From the human T2T-CHM13v2.0 reference genome, Homo sapiens, in assembly GCF_009914755.1 (NCBI RefSeq), contig NC_060931.1: a stretch of 64,000 bases of DNA; one strand, 5' to 3'. Made by a program: the position numbers and the translations under genes. Below are positions 1-13,005 of the stretch, one piece after another. Position 1 is the first letter of the stretch. Every line of letters begins with the position of its first letter. The notes beneath the pieces were generated by a model, which saw nothing but the letters and a program-made list of their open reading frames with translations, was not told the DNA's origin and made no database searches.

Positions 1-624
1 TATCAATATAATCTTCAGCCAGCATCTTTAAGTGGCTTCTAAAATTGAATTAATTATTCAGTGGAAGCCTCGGAGGCAGCAAGAACTCACCTTTCAGAGT
101 TTTATTTACCCTCATCACCTGCTGTTTGCTCTGGGCTTATTTAAAATCGTAATCATGTCTCCTGTGATGGAGGATTTGGGTTACTTTGTGGTCACATGTG
201 GAAAATATTATATATCCACATCAAATGTAAATGTGGTCTCTCTTAGTAGAAATCCATGTCGTTTCTCTGGAATTAGACCATGTTGACCCTGTGGGCATAT
301 GAGATTTAAGTCTACAGGGAGTCCTAAAGAAAAAAAACGTCCTTGAAGCATCCAGGAGAGAACAGTTCCTCAGTCCTTTCATAGCACTTTGTAATTACCG
401 CTCATCACCATAAACAGACAAACAAACAAACAAAAACTTAAAGAACAAAAGAATGTACTGATTTGCAACATTATCTTGGTCCAAAGGGGTTGTTTTGCAT
501 TATGCATGCAAGAACAATGAGGAAATCCTCCACACCTGTTAAAAAACGACAGCCCTACAACCAAGAGCCCTACAGTTCCTTTTGCGTCTATGGGGGAGGA
601 GCAAAAAGGACTCATTCCTAAACC

Positions 625-1445
625 CAGGGCAGGCTTCAGGGCGTGTGACCAGTGGAGTCGCACAGGGCCCTTCCTCAAAAGGGCCCTGCACTAGGTTATT
701 AAGACTCGTCAATCACTGTCTTGAATTTCTTAGTAAGTTCAGCTTGGAAGTTATATAGAAGATTCGGAGTCCCAGCTCACATGCAGTCCTGCCTCTGGCA
801 CCTCCATACCCCTCCGAGATGGGTTCTCAGTCAGCTTCCTCGGCCCCTGACAACCTGAACTTGATCCAGTTTCCCCCTCCTGGCTCCCTGCCCAGCCCCT
901 GCTGCCGCCCTCCAATGGGGCCCACTGAGTCAAGTGCACCGACAGAGAGGCCCGCATTCCGGGAGGTGCCTGCGCAGGGAGGAGCCAGGTCGGACGCACC
1001 CATGGTCCCCAACTCTCCCCAACACGTGTCTCAAGGAAAGACATGGCCTTGGCGGCACCGCCGTGGGTTGGGCAAATGACTCTGCTAGCGGCAGCCTCTT
1101 GCCTACTCTGATCCTGCTACCAAGTGCAGTCTATTTAGGCGTTGCCATGACCGGGGATTGAGGTTGTGGACTGTGAGAAACTGGGATTGACCACCGCCCA
1201 CAGAGCCGGTGGGAAGCGGACCTCAGTAGCCTGTGCTCTGCCCACATGCCCCGCTGCCTGGGAAGGCTAAAAGAACGCAACATTAAGTATCAAATTAAAA
1301 ATACCGTGATCAGTCGAGAGAGAGACAGGGTAGCAAATTTTATATTTTATTACCTTTAAGGCCACTTTTCTCTTGTTTTTTTTGAAAAAAAGGCCACCGC
1401 ATTTTCGTTTTGCCCTGGGCCCTGCAGAGTATATACCCTGCCTTC
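625..1445 (+). mobile_element. MER45-family (MER45B/C-like) hAT-Tip100 non-autonomous DNA transposon
   Basis: The 5' end CAGGGCAGGCTTCAGGGCGTGTGACC...GTCGCACAGGGCCC and the 3' end GCATTTTCGTTTTGCCCTGGGCCCTGCA match MER45 termini. 8-bp TSD CCTAAACC (617-624) / CCTAGACC (1446-1453). Confidence 0.8.
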
Positions 1446-1484
1446 CCTAGACCAAGGCTGTGCCAGGCAACACGTAGACCAAAG

Positions 1485-1705
1485 AGGCTAGAACTTGAGC
1501 TCTTGAGTCAGACTGCCTAGGCACATACCTGAAATGCATCTTGTGTAACGTGGGAAAATGCATTTAACATCTCTGCTTCAGTTTCCCCTTCTACAAAATG
1601 GGGATAATGTCTTAGAGTGCCTTTGTGAGGATTATGCCATTTATAACATGAAATACTTAGTATCTGAAATATAGTAAGGCTTCAATAAATGTTAGCAATT
1701 ATTAT
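1485..1705 (+). mobile_element. MIR SINE
   Basis: GAGTCAGACTGCCTAGG...CTCTGCTTCAGTTTCCCCTTCTACAAAATGGGGATAAT...CAATAAATGTTAGC, the MIR core. Confidence 0.75.
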
Positions 1706-2228
1706 ATATTAAATATTATATATGGTATCTGCATAGATTCCATAATACAATTCCAAATAAAATTATTTCCCTTTACAGATGAAAAAACTAAGGCATAGTG
1801 GAAAGCAGCTTTACCTAATCCTAAATAGCAAAGCAAAGACTTTAAAGCAGTCTCTTCTAATTCAAGGGTATCTATGTCCTCCCACTAATTATGCAGCCTG
1901 CAGCTTTGTACGATACACAGTTATGAAACACCTTGAAATCATGTGCACAATATTGAAACTGATCTCTGCAGAAGCGTGCTCTTAAGCTCAAGATGGCTAC
2001 AATACCCAGGACAGTGTTGATGCTCAAATAATGTTTGACGAAAATGAGTGGAGGATGAACAAATGCCTCTAAAGTGGCATTTCTTTTTTCCCCACACTTT
2101 TATGACCAAATGGCAGAGGAGAGTAAACTCTTAAGGGGCATGGGTGAGGGCTGGAGCAGTGCTTGTTGAGGTAGGAACTGGATGCATAGCTGTAAGATTA
2201 CCATTTCTTTATTTAATGTTTCATTTAA

Positions 2229-2795
<567 letters not shown>

Positions 2796-2912
2796 TAAAG
2801 TTTCCTCAAACATTTTTCAGTTAAATAGAAGAAGTCCAAAGAAGTAGCAGTGATTGAAACAATAAAGGAAAAAATATATTAACATATCAGTTCTTGAAGA
2901 GATTTTAGCTCC

Positions 2913-3234
<322 letters not shown>

Positions 3235-3479
3235 TTAGCTGCATATTTCGCCAAGCTTGGTGTCCCAGACACCTAGGGAGAGGGGCCACATGGAAGGATA
3301 TTTGTCAAAAATTCGGATTCGTGGCTTCCACCACAGACATATTGAATCTTAAAATATGAGGAGAGGTCTCTGAATCTGCATTTGTACCAGCTGTCTAGTT
3401 GCCCCTCACACTAATGTAGCAGGGGGCGCCATTCCTCCATGAGGTTTCTATCATTTGGAGCATCAAGTCTCAAAAACTC

Positions 3480-3660
3480 AGTATTTATGGGAGTCAAACT
3501 GAAGTTCTTAGTAAAAATCCAGACTCTCTGAGCAAGAAGCCCCCCAGAAATTTGGATTCAGTAAGTCTGAAATCTGCACTGTAGCAAGCAGCTCACCACC
3601 TTTCCCACCCCGCTATCCTTCTGATGCAAGTGGCGCTAAGACCATATCTTGAGAAATACT
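3480..3660. mobile_element. Degenerate MER5-like hAT-Charlie element
   Basis: GATTCAGTAAGTCTG...AATCTGCA...TTCTGATGCA...GACCATATCTTGAGAAATACT resembles MER5A/B. Confidence 0.45.
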
Positions 3661-3979
3661 AACATAAAATATAAAGCCCCAAATTATTAACTTTTAGTAT
3701 TTTAGAACATCCATAATTAAACTTCAAACTTTTAAAATCCAACACATGTTTTTTGAAGAGATTCTATGTGCTAGGGTCAGGGAAAGGAAGATGAATTTGC
3801 CCTTTTCTAAAGGGAATCAGAGTTGAAGAAAGAGAAATAGCCAGGTAAGCAATAGCTGCCATACACTTTAATTGGGTGGTACATGTGCATGACCCCTTAA
3901 AGTGCTGATTAACATTGTTGATTGTATACCTTGAATCTACAACATATATAGTAAAACAACTCATAGTTCTTACAATAAG

Positions 3980-4197
3980 AGCAGTCACCATGTATTGAGC
4001 TCCTGGTGTGTGCTAACTGCTGAGACAGAGATATTTTTCAAACAATAACTACCCAATCCAACAAACCTGCATAGTTTTCAGATCCTCTTTTTACATATTA
4101 AGAAACTGGCTCAAAGGACTTCAGTAATATCTCAGTGCAAGATTTCAAAGTGAGTAAAAAGCTGGGGTGGATTGCAAACCTAGGTCTGTTCTACCCT
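3980..4197 (-). mobile_element. MIR, directly upstream of the L1PA insertion
   Basis: CATGTATTGAGCTCCTGGTGTGTGC...TTTTACATATTAAGAAACTGGCTCAAAG...GGATTGCAAACCTAGGTCTG. Confidence 0.6.
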
Positions 4198-4213
4198 AAA
4201 AACTGTCTTCCTT

Positions 4214-4547
4214 CTTGAGTTCATGTCCTTTGCAGGGCCATGGATGAAGCTGGAAACCATCATTCTCAGCAAACTATCACAAGGACAGAAGACCAAACAC
4301 CGCATGTTCTCACTCTGAGGTGGGAATTGAACAATCAGAACACTTGCACACAGGGTGGGGAACATCACACACCGGGGCCTGTTGGGGAGTGGGGGACTGG
4401 GGCAGTGATAGCATTAGGAGAAATACCTAATGTAAATGACAAGTTGATGGGTGCAGCAAACCAACATGGCACACATATAACTATGTAACAAACCTGCACG
4501 TTGCGCACATGCACCCTAGAACTTAAACTATAATAATAAAAAAAAAA
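4214..4547 (+). mobile_element. L1PA 3'-end fragment (5'-truncated)
   Basis: GAGTTCATGTCCTTTGCAGGG...CCTAGAACTTAAACTATAATAATAAAA. TSD AAAAACTGTCTTCCTT at 4198-4213 and 4543-4558. Confidence 0.95.
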
Positions 4548-4792
4548 CTGTCTTCCTTGTAAGAGAAGCTGCCTCCTTAAATTTACACATTTTTGAAGTT
4601 TATAATGTATTTTAAATTACAGTATTCTAATTAATTTTCATGGCAATGGTAACAATTATTTTTTATTCCTATCTTGCTGATAAGAAAACTGATTTCTGAG
4701 AAGTCAAGGAACATGCCCATGAAACATGAAAAATCAAACTTGAAACCAAGACTCTATGAAAACTGATGATATCTTCATAAGACTATATATAT

Positions 4793-5100
4793 TGATCAGT
4801 TTAAGTTATGCTTGATGGAAAACAACAAACAAAAAAATAACCCCACAATCTCAGTGTTGATGACAACAAAGGTGTATTTCTTGTTCATATTAATGTCTGT
4901 TGCAGACGGGTTTCAGCTGAACTTCATATCTTTGGCATTCCAGGGTAGTTCTTTTTCTGGGAAGTGAGTCTGCCCTTGCAGCAAAGGAAAAAGCAATGAT
5001 GGAACCATGCAATAGCTCTGAACGCTTCCATTTGGGAGTGACGTATGTCACTTCTTTTACTTTTAAATAGACAAAGCAAGTCACATGGCCAGGCTGCTAT
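4793..5100 (-). mobile_element. Old MaLR LTR (MLT1J/K-like)
   Basis: CCCCACAATCTCAGTG...ACAACAAAGGTGTATTTCTTG...GCAAGTCACATGGCCA, typical of MLT1J-L. Confidence 0.55.
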
Positions 5101-6075
5101 TCAGAAGCTACTGAGAAATGACACTGCTTTCCTGAGCTAACAGATTTGACATACCTCCGCACTTCTACCACTGAAATCTTGTCTGAGCTGTGAGGCAGCA
5201 TCATTTTCTGACATCAGCAGGAACACCAACTATAACGTTTCATGGCATTCTGACACAAGAAATCAAAGACACAGGGGAAGAGATGTAGAGAAACATTTCT
5301 TTGGAGCCTCAAGAGTGATAATCACAAGAGAAGATGTTCAGATTTGGGGGTTGCCCTCTGCCTGAGACAGAGGTACTCATAGGCTCTTTGATAACTATGT
5401 TTGTGTATGTATTTGTGAGACCCAACAAAACCTTGGTAACAATTATTGCATAAATCAGCACCTTTCCAATTCTAAAATGTGAAGTCAGTTGTGAAGTATG
5501 TTGTGAGTAATTCATTACTAATAATAATGTTACTACTAATAATAACACTACTAATAACTAAAGTTTTTAAATAATTGACATTTGTAAACAAATGAGGATA
5601 AATTTAAGGACAACCTTTACATTCTAGCCTGCTTATTTCCTTACTCACATGCTAATGTTTTCTTAAATAGGAGAGAAAGTGTTGGGGCTATAGCTACTTT
5701 CTAAAGAATTGTGTTTAACCAACCATTATTACACCCCTGAGTGTGTGTCACAAACGTGAACTTCAATTTACATGTGTGTTGTGGCCAAAAACAGGTTGAA
5801 AACTACTTATCTAAACCACAATCCCATTTATCACTTCTATATCATAGCAAGTAGCTCCATGTGTGTTCTCACTAGCCAGACAGTAAGCATCCCAAGAACA
5901 AGAACCATATTTCCCCGTTTCCTTGTATTGATCACAGTTGAATCTGATACTACTAGAAGGAATCATTATTGGCAGAGGTAGGGAATCTGTTTATTCCTCT
6001 TAAGGGCCACTGACCCATGGAGGAGGAAAATCTAATGATAAGCATATAGCAATATAACTTTTTATTGAAACATGG

Positions 6076-6495
6076 TGTCTTAGTCCATTTAGTGTTAGTA
6101 TAAAGAAATAATTGAGGGTGGGTAATTTATAAGGAAAAGGGGTTTGTTTGGCTCACCCTTCTGCAGGCTGTGCTAGATGCCTGGTACCAGCATCTGCTTC
6201 TGATGATGGCCTATGGCTGCTTCCACTCACAGCAGAAGGTGAAGCAGGGTCAGTGTGTGTAGAGACACATGGCGAGAGAGGTAGCAAGAGAGACAGGGGT
6301 GGTGCCAGGCTCTTTTTAACAACCAGCTCCCATGAGATTGAGGTCAGTGAGAACTCTATTCCCACAAGGACTGCACTAAACCATTCATGAGGGCTCTGCC
6401 TCCATGACCCAAGCACCTCCTATTAGTCCCCACCTCCAACATTGGGGATAAGTTTCATCATGGGATTTGGGAGGACAGACATCCAAACTACAGCA
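6076..6495 (-). mobile_element. MSTB-like MaLR solo LTR
   Basis: TGTCTTAGTCCATTT...ATCCAAACTACAGCA with TG..CA ends. 5-bp TSD CATGG at 6071-6075 and 6496-6500. Confidence 0.9.
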
Positions 6496-6638
6496 CATGG
6501 AGAAAAAAAGAGCATTTTATCTACAAATTTTTTAAGTTATCAACAGAGCTAAATGATACGATGAGAATTTTCCCTTCATCTCATCGAGATCAACCAACAA
6601 AATATTTTTGAATAATTATGGTAGAGATTACAGACTGC

Positions 6639-6639
<1 letters not shown>

Positions 6640-6677
<38 letters not shown>
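6640..6677 (+). repeat. Pure poly(A) tract, 38 nt
   Basis: Uninterrupted run of A, with no SINE or LINE body directly upstream. Confidence 0.95.
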
Positions 6678-6682
<5 letters not shown>

Positions 6683-7996
6683 AGCATTAGTGCACTTGTC
6701 CAAGCCAGAAAAAATTAAGTTGTGGACAGTATCTAATGATTAGCTTTTTCTCACACCTTGATCTGAACCGGGGAATGGGCAGTGAGTACCCCAACAGTTA
6801 TATTTGCAATCAGAGATTCTGAAGAGTCAAGCAACAAAAGACTCCCACCCTGCCAAGTACAGGCCCAGAGCTGAGACTTCAAAAATGGAAAAGAGGAATT
6901 ATTTGTTCAATGACCAGAATACATTTCACTTACCTTAATTTCAACTCAAGTCTTTTTGGGCTATCCAGATACAAAAAGTCAAATGATACAGAAAAAGGGA
7001 AAGCATACATTGGATATCCTGTTCCCAACTTAAAACATTAAACTGTAAGAAATCTGAGTTGACATTTATGATGATAGCTGCTCCTGAGCAAGCAAGGAAA
7101 TAGAAAGGCTTTTATTTTCTTTAAAAAGGCAGACAAGCTTCTGAGGCCCTCCCCAAAACAGAAACTTGATGTGTATTTTTTCCCTTTGAAGTCAATAGGA
7201 ATTAAATCTTGGAGATACACAAGGCAGAGAAATGCCAGTATTCTGAACATTCAGTAACAACCAAGCTGCAGACGGCTTTGCCTGATAACGTAAAGAAACC
7301 AAATAATTCAAATATAGACCCATTTCCCCATGACATGGTCTTCTATTTTATTTTTAATTTTATTATATGCTAGGCAGATTGACTGCAAGAAAGGCGTGAG
7401 TCAAATACAACAACAACTTTCTTTTAAAAAATGATAGCTCAAATGTTGAATCCTTCCTAAAGGCTTTACCAATGGTAGCACATCTAGCAAATGAAAATAT
7501 ATGTACAATTGAAAAAGATTTACAATGGCTGGGGGAGGGGATGCTATTTAATTCTTTCAAGGAAGCCATTTTTACATAGATCTTTTCAAGTATGGTTAAG
7601 GCCCAAAATTTATGATAGACTTCCACTTGAAAGAAGGGAAAAACACTGGGTGCCTTATTAGATGCCTACGTTGAATGAAGTACCTATTTATTTGAATAAG
7701 GAAATGGCCCCTCTCTTCTCCATTAGTTTATATCTTCCTATTTCCCCTCTCTGTTTGGCTGAAGCTGAAGCTAAGCCCTGATTTACACCAGTTCTTAAAA
7801 AAAAAAATCCTGTGACCCTTTCCACAAATCCTAACTAGAAGTGATGGCTTAGCCTGCATAGAATGGCTCCAGCTAATAAACTCCTCTCTCCAGCCAGATT
7901 CCTCACTGTGACGTTGAACTCATATCTCCCACACAAGGTTGAGGATGTGTGGGAGAGACACAGGCAGTGAAACAGCTAAAGTCAGAACCACAGTGT

Positions 7997-8178
7997 AGAG
8001 TAAGAAGTCTTTGGGTCTAACCAAAGCACTGAGCTTCTCAAAGACTTCTTATTCTTTTATTTATTTATTTATTTTTCGCAATGCCACCTTGGCATGCAAA
8101 ACATTAAACTGTAAGAAACCTTGGCATTGCAAAAAAAAAAAAAAGAATAAGAAGTCTTTGGGAAGCTCAGTGCTTTGG
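7997..8178. repeat. Complex TSD-bounded insertion forming an inverted repeat (arms 8021-8086 and 8122-8178)
   Basis: Direct repeat AGA(G/A)TAAGAAGTCTTTGGG at 7997-8015 and 8144-8162. A14 at 8131-8144. The left arm is the reverse complement of the right arm. Confidence 0.9.
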
Positions 8179-8560
8179 AGGTGAAGATCACAGCTGTCAT
8201 ACGGGCCTTTACAGTGACAGGTACTTTACATACACGAGGCTGTATAATCCTGTCAGCTCACCTAGGAGGCCTCTGTTTTAGGGTTGAAGAAACTGAGGCC
8301 TAGAGAGTTTGAATAAGTTGCCCATATTAGCATTTTTAAAGCTAGATCTGTTTAAATTCAAATTCCCCGTTTTAACCACTCATTTTGCCCAAGGTGCTAT
8401 TAGAAGGTTATCTCTGAAAGAATAAATAAGACATTGATAATAGCAGTTCCTTGAGGATGGGGGTGGAGGGATACAAGAACCAGAAATCTAAGGAGACGGA
8501 AAAGGAGACATATTTTTCACTGTACACCCCTTTGTACATTTTTATTTTTTTACCTTGCAT

Positions 8561-9100
8561 TGTTGATCTTCATTATTCATGGATTTCCTGTTTGCAGATT
8601 TGTCTACCAGCTATAATTTATGTGTAACCCCAAAATCAATACTAGCATGCCTTCACCGTCATTCACAGACATTCATACATTGGCAGAAATTTTGGATTGC
8701 CCCAACAAGCACATTCCCAGCTGAGGTGGAACCCGGAAAAGCTCTGCCTTCGGCTTCAGTTCTCATACAGAGATGAGTCGAGGGTGGTGACAGCAAGGAA
8801 CTGATCTGGGCAGTGCTGGAAACTCCAGCTCTGGGCTGGTTGGATGGGGTTGAGTCCCAGTCTGGCACCTATTAGTGGGGTGGCCTCAGACAAGTCACTT
8901 AACACTTCTGATGCTTGTTTTCTCTTTTGAAAAAGTAAAGAAAATAGAATCTACTAGCATGAATTGGGTTCGGGATTTATATTATAATCTATGTATATAT
9001 GTGTACATATTTCCCTGGGAGAAATAGTTCTGTATTCACTAATTCAGTGTTCACAGCAACTCTGTAGAGCATAACTACCATGGATAATGAGAATCAACTT
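8561..9100 (+). mobile_element. MER82/Tigger6-type TcMar-Tigger element with an internal MIR-like segment
   Basis: TIRs GTTGATCTTCATTATTCATGG (8562-8582) and CCATGGATAATGAGAATCAAC (9078-9098). Internal AACCCCAAAATCAATACT...CCCAGCTGAGGT. Confidence 0.8.
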
Positions 9101-9859
9101 CATATGCATTTTTAATACTGTGTCTGAGGGAGTACGTATATGTGTGTATTATATATGTGATTTTTATGATTATGTGAGCACAATGGTTGGGGGGGCTTTT
9201 AAAAAAGGGGGTATATACCCTTAAGTGTTAAGGATGAAGTCAAGAACATAGTCTAGGTTGTCAACCCTAAATTTGAGACAAAGAGCTCATATGGACTAAG
9301 GAAGACAGGAAAAGGTGCCAGTTGACCATGTGGACAAGGCACGTTAATAGATCTAAACACATTAATAGAAGTAATCTCATCCTTCAGATAGTCTAGGAAT
9401 TAATACTCAGTGAGGATTCAGAGATAGTTCTGAGATTGGAAGTGAACTATAGAGGCCCTGAAGGGCAAAACATAAATACTCTTAGCCAAGGTATCTTTCA
9501 AGCGAAAGTATGCTTGCAGCTGCTGAACCATGAGTCTATCCAAGAAGGAGGACAAGCAATGGCAGAAGAGCTCCAGGTGTCATCAAGTGGGAAGCTGTGG
9601 AGGCGCTGCAGCAGCAGATATTGGGAGCCCAGCTGCGGGAAAGCTGGGGGCTCAGGAAGCTAAGACGAGGCCAATGGGTCATGCTAGAGTCCATAGCTGA
9701 AATCAAGTGCTGAATGGGTCCCATGACCCAAAAAAGGTTAAGAATTTTACCTAAAAAAATGTATAAAATATTTGATTTTTTTTATAATTCCATCACCACT
9801 CTTAGCAGTTTTCTTTTTAAGGCAATGTTTTGAAAAGAAACAGAAAATCCTTGCAAACG

Positions 9860-10247
9860 TCCAACTGCAAGGAATATGTGGCCCCAGCAGCTGTGCTCTA
9901 AGATCCATTGCCATGTTTGTGCCGAGGTTGGGCTTCCCATTGGCTGCTTTGCATGGGGCAGGGATGCGGAGGCAGGCTCTTTATTGGGGGACAGAAGACT
10001 GTGCTGACCATGACTCTGGCTTGAGGACCCATGGCCTTTCCGAACCTTCCTTAGACTGCACAGTGGCCTAGGGCACTTTCACACAACCCTCCCTCCCTCT
10101 TTCCTTGTCTATGTTGCAACTGCATCCCAGTCCCGTGGCCTCACCCTGCTCACTCTCCATTTCCTCTCACAAGGCTGTTCCCCTAATAAAATCCTTACAT
10201 GTTTATTCATGTCTTTTCATCTGCTTCTCAGATGACCTGCACTAACA
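9860..10247 (+). mobile_element. ERVL-type solo LTR (LTR40/41/50-like)
   Basis: 3' end CCCCTAATAAAATCCTTACATGTTTATTCATGTCTT..CATCTGCTTCTCAGATGACCTGCACTAACA. Confidence 0.6.
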
Positions 10248-10589
10248 AAAGAACCAAACTTCGAATGCTTCATAAAAGTTGCCGAGCTGTGAACAACAAT
10301 TAAAAAAAAAAAAAAACAGAGAACTTGGAAACCACACTGTGTGCTCTGCCGTCACTTGTTCACTGCCCCTCCGTTTCCAAACTCAAAGCCACAGGATGTA
10401 GATTCAAGGCTTGTAAATCAAGATTATAGGTTACTGTACATCTCAGACTGTATACTTAATTTGAAACCTTTAACAATCTCATGTAAGTGAATTTGAAATC
10501 TCCTCATGTTATGAGATCCATTCCACTGAGCATCTAAAGTACTCTGGGCATCTAAAACCACATTGTAGTCTAGAGAGGCCAGGGCCCTC

Positions 10590-10800
10590 ATGCCTCCAGG
10601 CCATTCTACGTGCCTTTCCTGGATGCCCTTCCCTGCCATTTCTTCCTAGTGAATTTCTACTTGTTCTTCAAAACAAAGCTCAAAGTTCACCTTATCTAGG
10701 AGACCCTCTCTCATTCCCCCAGCTAAATTACCTTCTTGTCTCCTGTGCTTCTTTAGGGATTTGTACCTAACTTTACTGAAATACCTATCAAGTAGAGTTT
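10590..10800 (+). mobile_element. L2 fragment
   Basis: TTCCTGGATGCCCTTCCC...CTACTTGTTCTTCAAAACAAAGCTCAAAGTTCACCTT, an L2 3' motif. Confidence 0.55.
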
Positions 10801-10819
10801 TTTTTCAGGTGCCGGTAAT

Positions 10820-11365
10820 TTAATAAGTAACTAGAAGTGCCTGAAGCAAGAGGAGATTATTATCACTACTACCTCACAGAACAAGAATTCTGGAGAAAGT
10901 TGGTAGCATGGTTAGTTCAGTTCTACATTGTTATCAAGGACGATCTCCTTTCTATCTGTCCATCAACCATCCCCAACGAGTTAGAAAATTGCTCCTCAAG
11001 CTCCAACCACCATCACCTCAAAACCACTCTCAAAAGCAGGAAGAGAAGGAGCGATATCCTACCCACTTGTCTCCATTTTTGATTAGTGGAAAGGATTTCC
11101 TTTCCAGGTATGCTTTCCAGAAGAGTCTAACTTTTGTCTCACTGGCCAGGAAGAAGGCCACATGGCCATTCCAGCCAATCATGGTAAAGGGGAACAGGAT
11201 TACCTAAGTGGCTTTAACCAATCATAATGCATCCCTGAATAATGAGGCCTACCTTCTTTGGGCATCTTGCTGCTTTATTTATTTATTTATTTTTAAATCA
11301 GGGCCCAGTTAGCCAGGAAGACAGAAAGAGTGACTGTTGAACAGAGAACCAATGGTGTCTGCCTC
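10820..11365 (-). mobile_element. MLT1-type MaLR LTR
   Basis: CTCACTGGCCAGG...CACATGGCCA...GACTGTTGAACAGAGAACCAATGGTGTCTGCCTCA. Confidence 0.55.
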
Positions 11366-12754
11366 ATCCCTGACTTGGAATTGCCAGGTTACTGCCTCTC
11401 TTTGCCACCACAGCTCTACAGTTCTTGGAGGGCAGGAGCCTTGTCTTATTCATCTTTACATCATCCATAACTGGCCCGTAGTAGCATTCAGTATGAGTTT
11501 TAACATTTGAAACATTCATTTGTCTGAATACAAACAAATACAGTAAACATGGAAAACTACTAAAATGCTTAAAAATATGCTTACAAAATAAAACATTAGA
11601 TAGATTCTGCAACGCCTCCCATGAAAGATTAATAGGAATGCTATCTTGATTGTAGACAGTATGAGAGTCGGTTGAAGAGGATAATTAACCAAGGTGAAAT
11701 AACAACAAAAACATTCTGACTCAATAGCCTATAGTCAAAATCCCATACCCACTGGCTTTCTGATGTATGCTTCAAATACAGTGTTAGTGCCTCACTATTT
11801 AAATAGTGACCATGGAATACATGGTGCACCAAAGAGATGCTTACACTAGTGAAAACGAACACTAATGAAATTTTACTGGAGGCCACAGACAACCACAATT
11901 ATTGATTTTACATGAGATCTACTACTTATTAAAGCCTTTTGCAATTCTTGGACTTCAGAGGTTATCAAGAAACAGACTAAATCTCTCTGAATTGGGTCCT
12001 TTCAACAATTCTGATTACACTCACCTGATATTTCATTTTAAATTTCATGTTTATAAACACATTCCCCTCTCATTCTAAGACCAGAGGTCAGACATTAATT
12101 GCTCTCCAAGGATGGCTTTGCCCAATTTGGGAACGGGCCAGATTGTTGTGTTAGAAATTTTCCTCAGTCAACAACCTTTTTGAAAAGACCAATTCATAGA
12201 AGGCGTGGATACATTTAGAGAAAAACAGCTCTCTAAAGGATGTAAGAAGGGTATAAAAATCACTATAAACTCAACTATGTGTGTAAGAACATTTGCAACT
12301 GTACATTTTCCGTAAAATAATTTAATTTTATTATAAGCTCCCATTGGGCCATGCAGGTAGAAAATTTAACTCAGTCATTAAGGTTCCCTGTCCACCAATA
12401 CCAACATGGGTCTGTGGCGTGCTTCCAAGATTCTATGCAGGTCCAAGATATCTTAAGGGTAGAAGAGGCCCTCTGGTTACACATCATCTATCCACACATT
12501 TTCTCACGTCTACAGATTGCTGTGAGGCCATTTTTCCACTGATGTGGGAAATTATTTTCTCATCTCTACCCCTTTCTCCCAGCCTAGAGAAATCTTTCTT
12601 TCCTTGGGAAGTAACTATTGTAGTTAAACATAAAGGATAACTCTAAAGAAATAAGGTTGCTTTCTGTATAATTCACACATCATTCTACACATTTAAAAAA
12701 AAAATTTACCAGAACATGAAATTGTTTCTAATGCTATAAAAAGGGAACAAGGCA

Positions 12755-12960
12755 TCGAGGTTATGAACACGAACTGTGAGCCAGTCTGCCTGGCTTTGAT
12801 ATATGACCTTGGGAAATTTATTTTACCTCACTTTCTTCATCTGTAAAATAGAGACAATGCAACTATTTCAAAGGAGCTGTCACGAGGTTTATATGAGATA
12901 AACATATAAAGTATTCAAAACAGTACTTAGCATTTAATAAGTATTGTAACTATTGCCATT
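12755..12960 (+). mobile_element. MIR
   Basis: GAGCCAGTCTGCCTGG...TGACCTTGGGAAATTTA...TTTCTTCATCTGTAAAATAGAGA. Confidence 0.7.
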
Positions 12961-13005
12961 TTTATTTCTATAATAATATTGAAAATTAAAATATAAAAAT
13001 GTATA

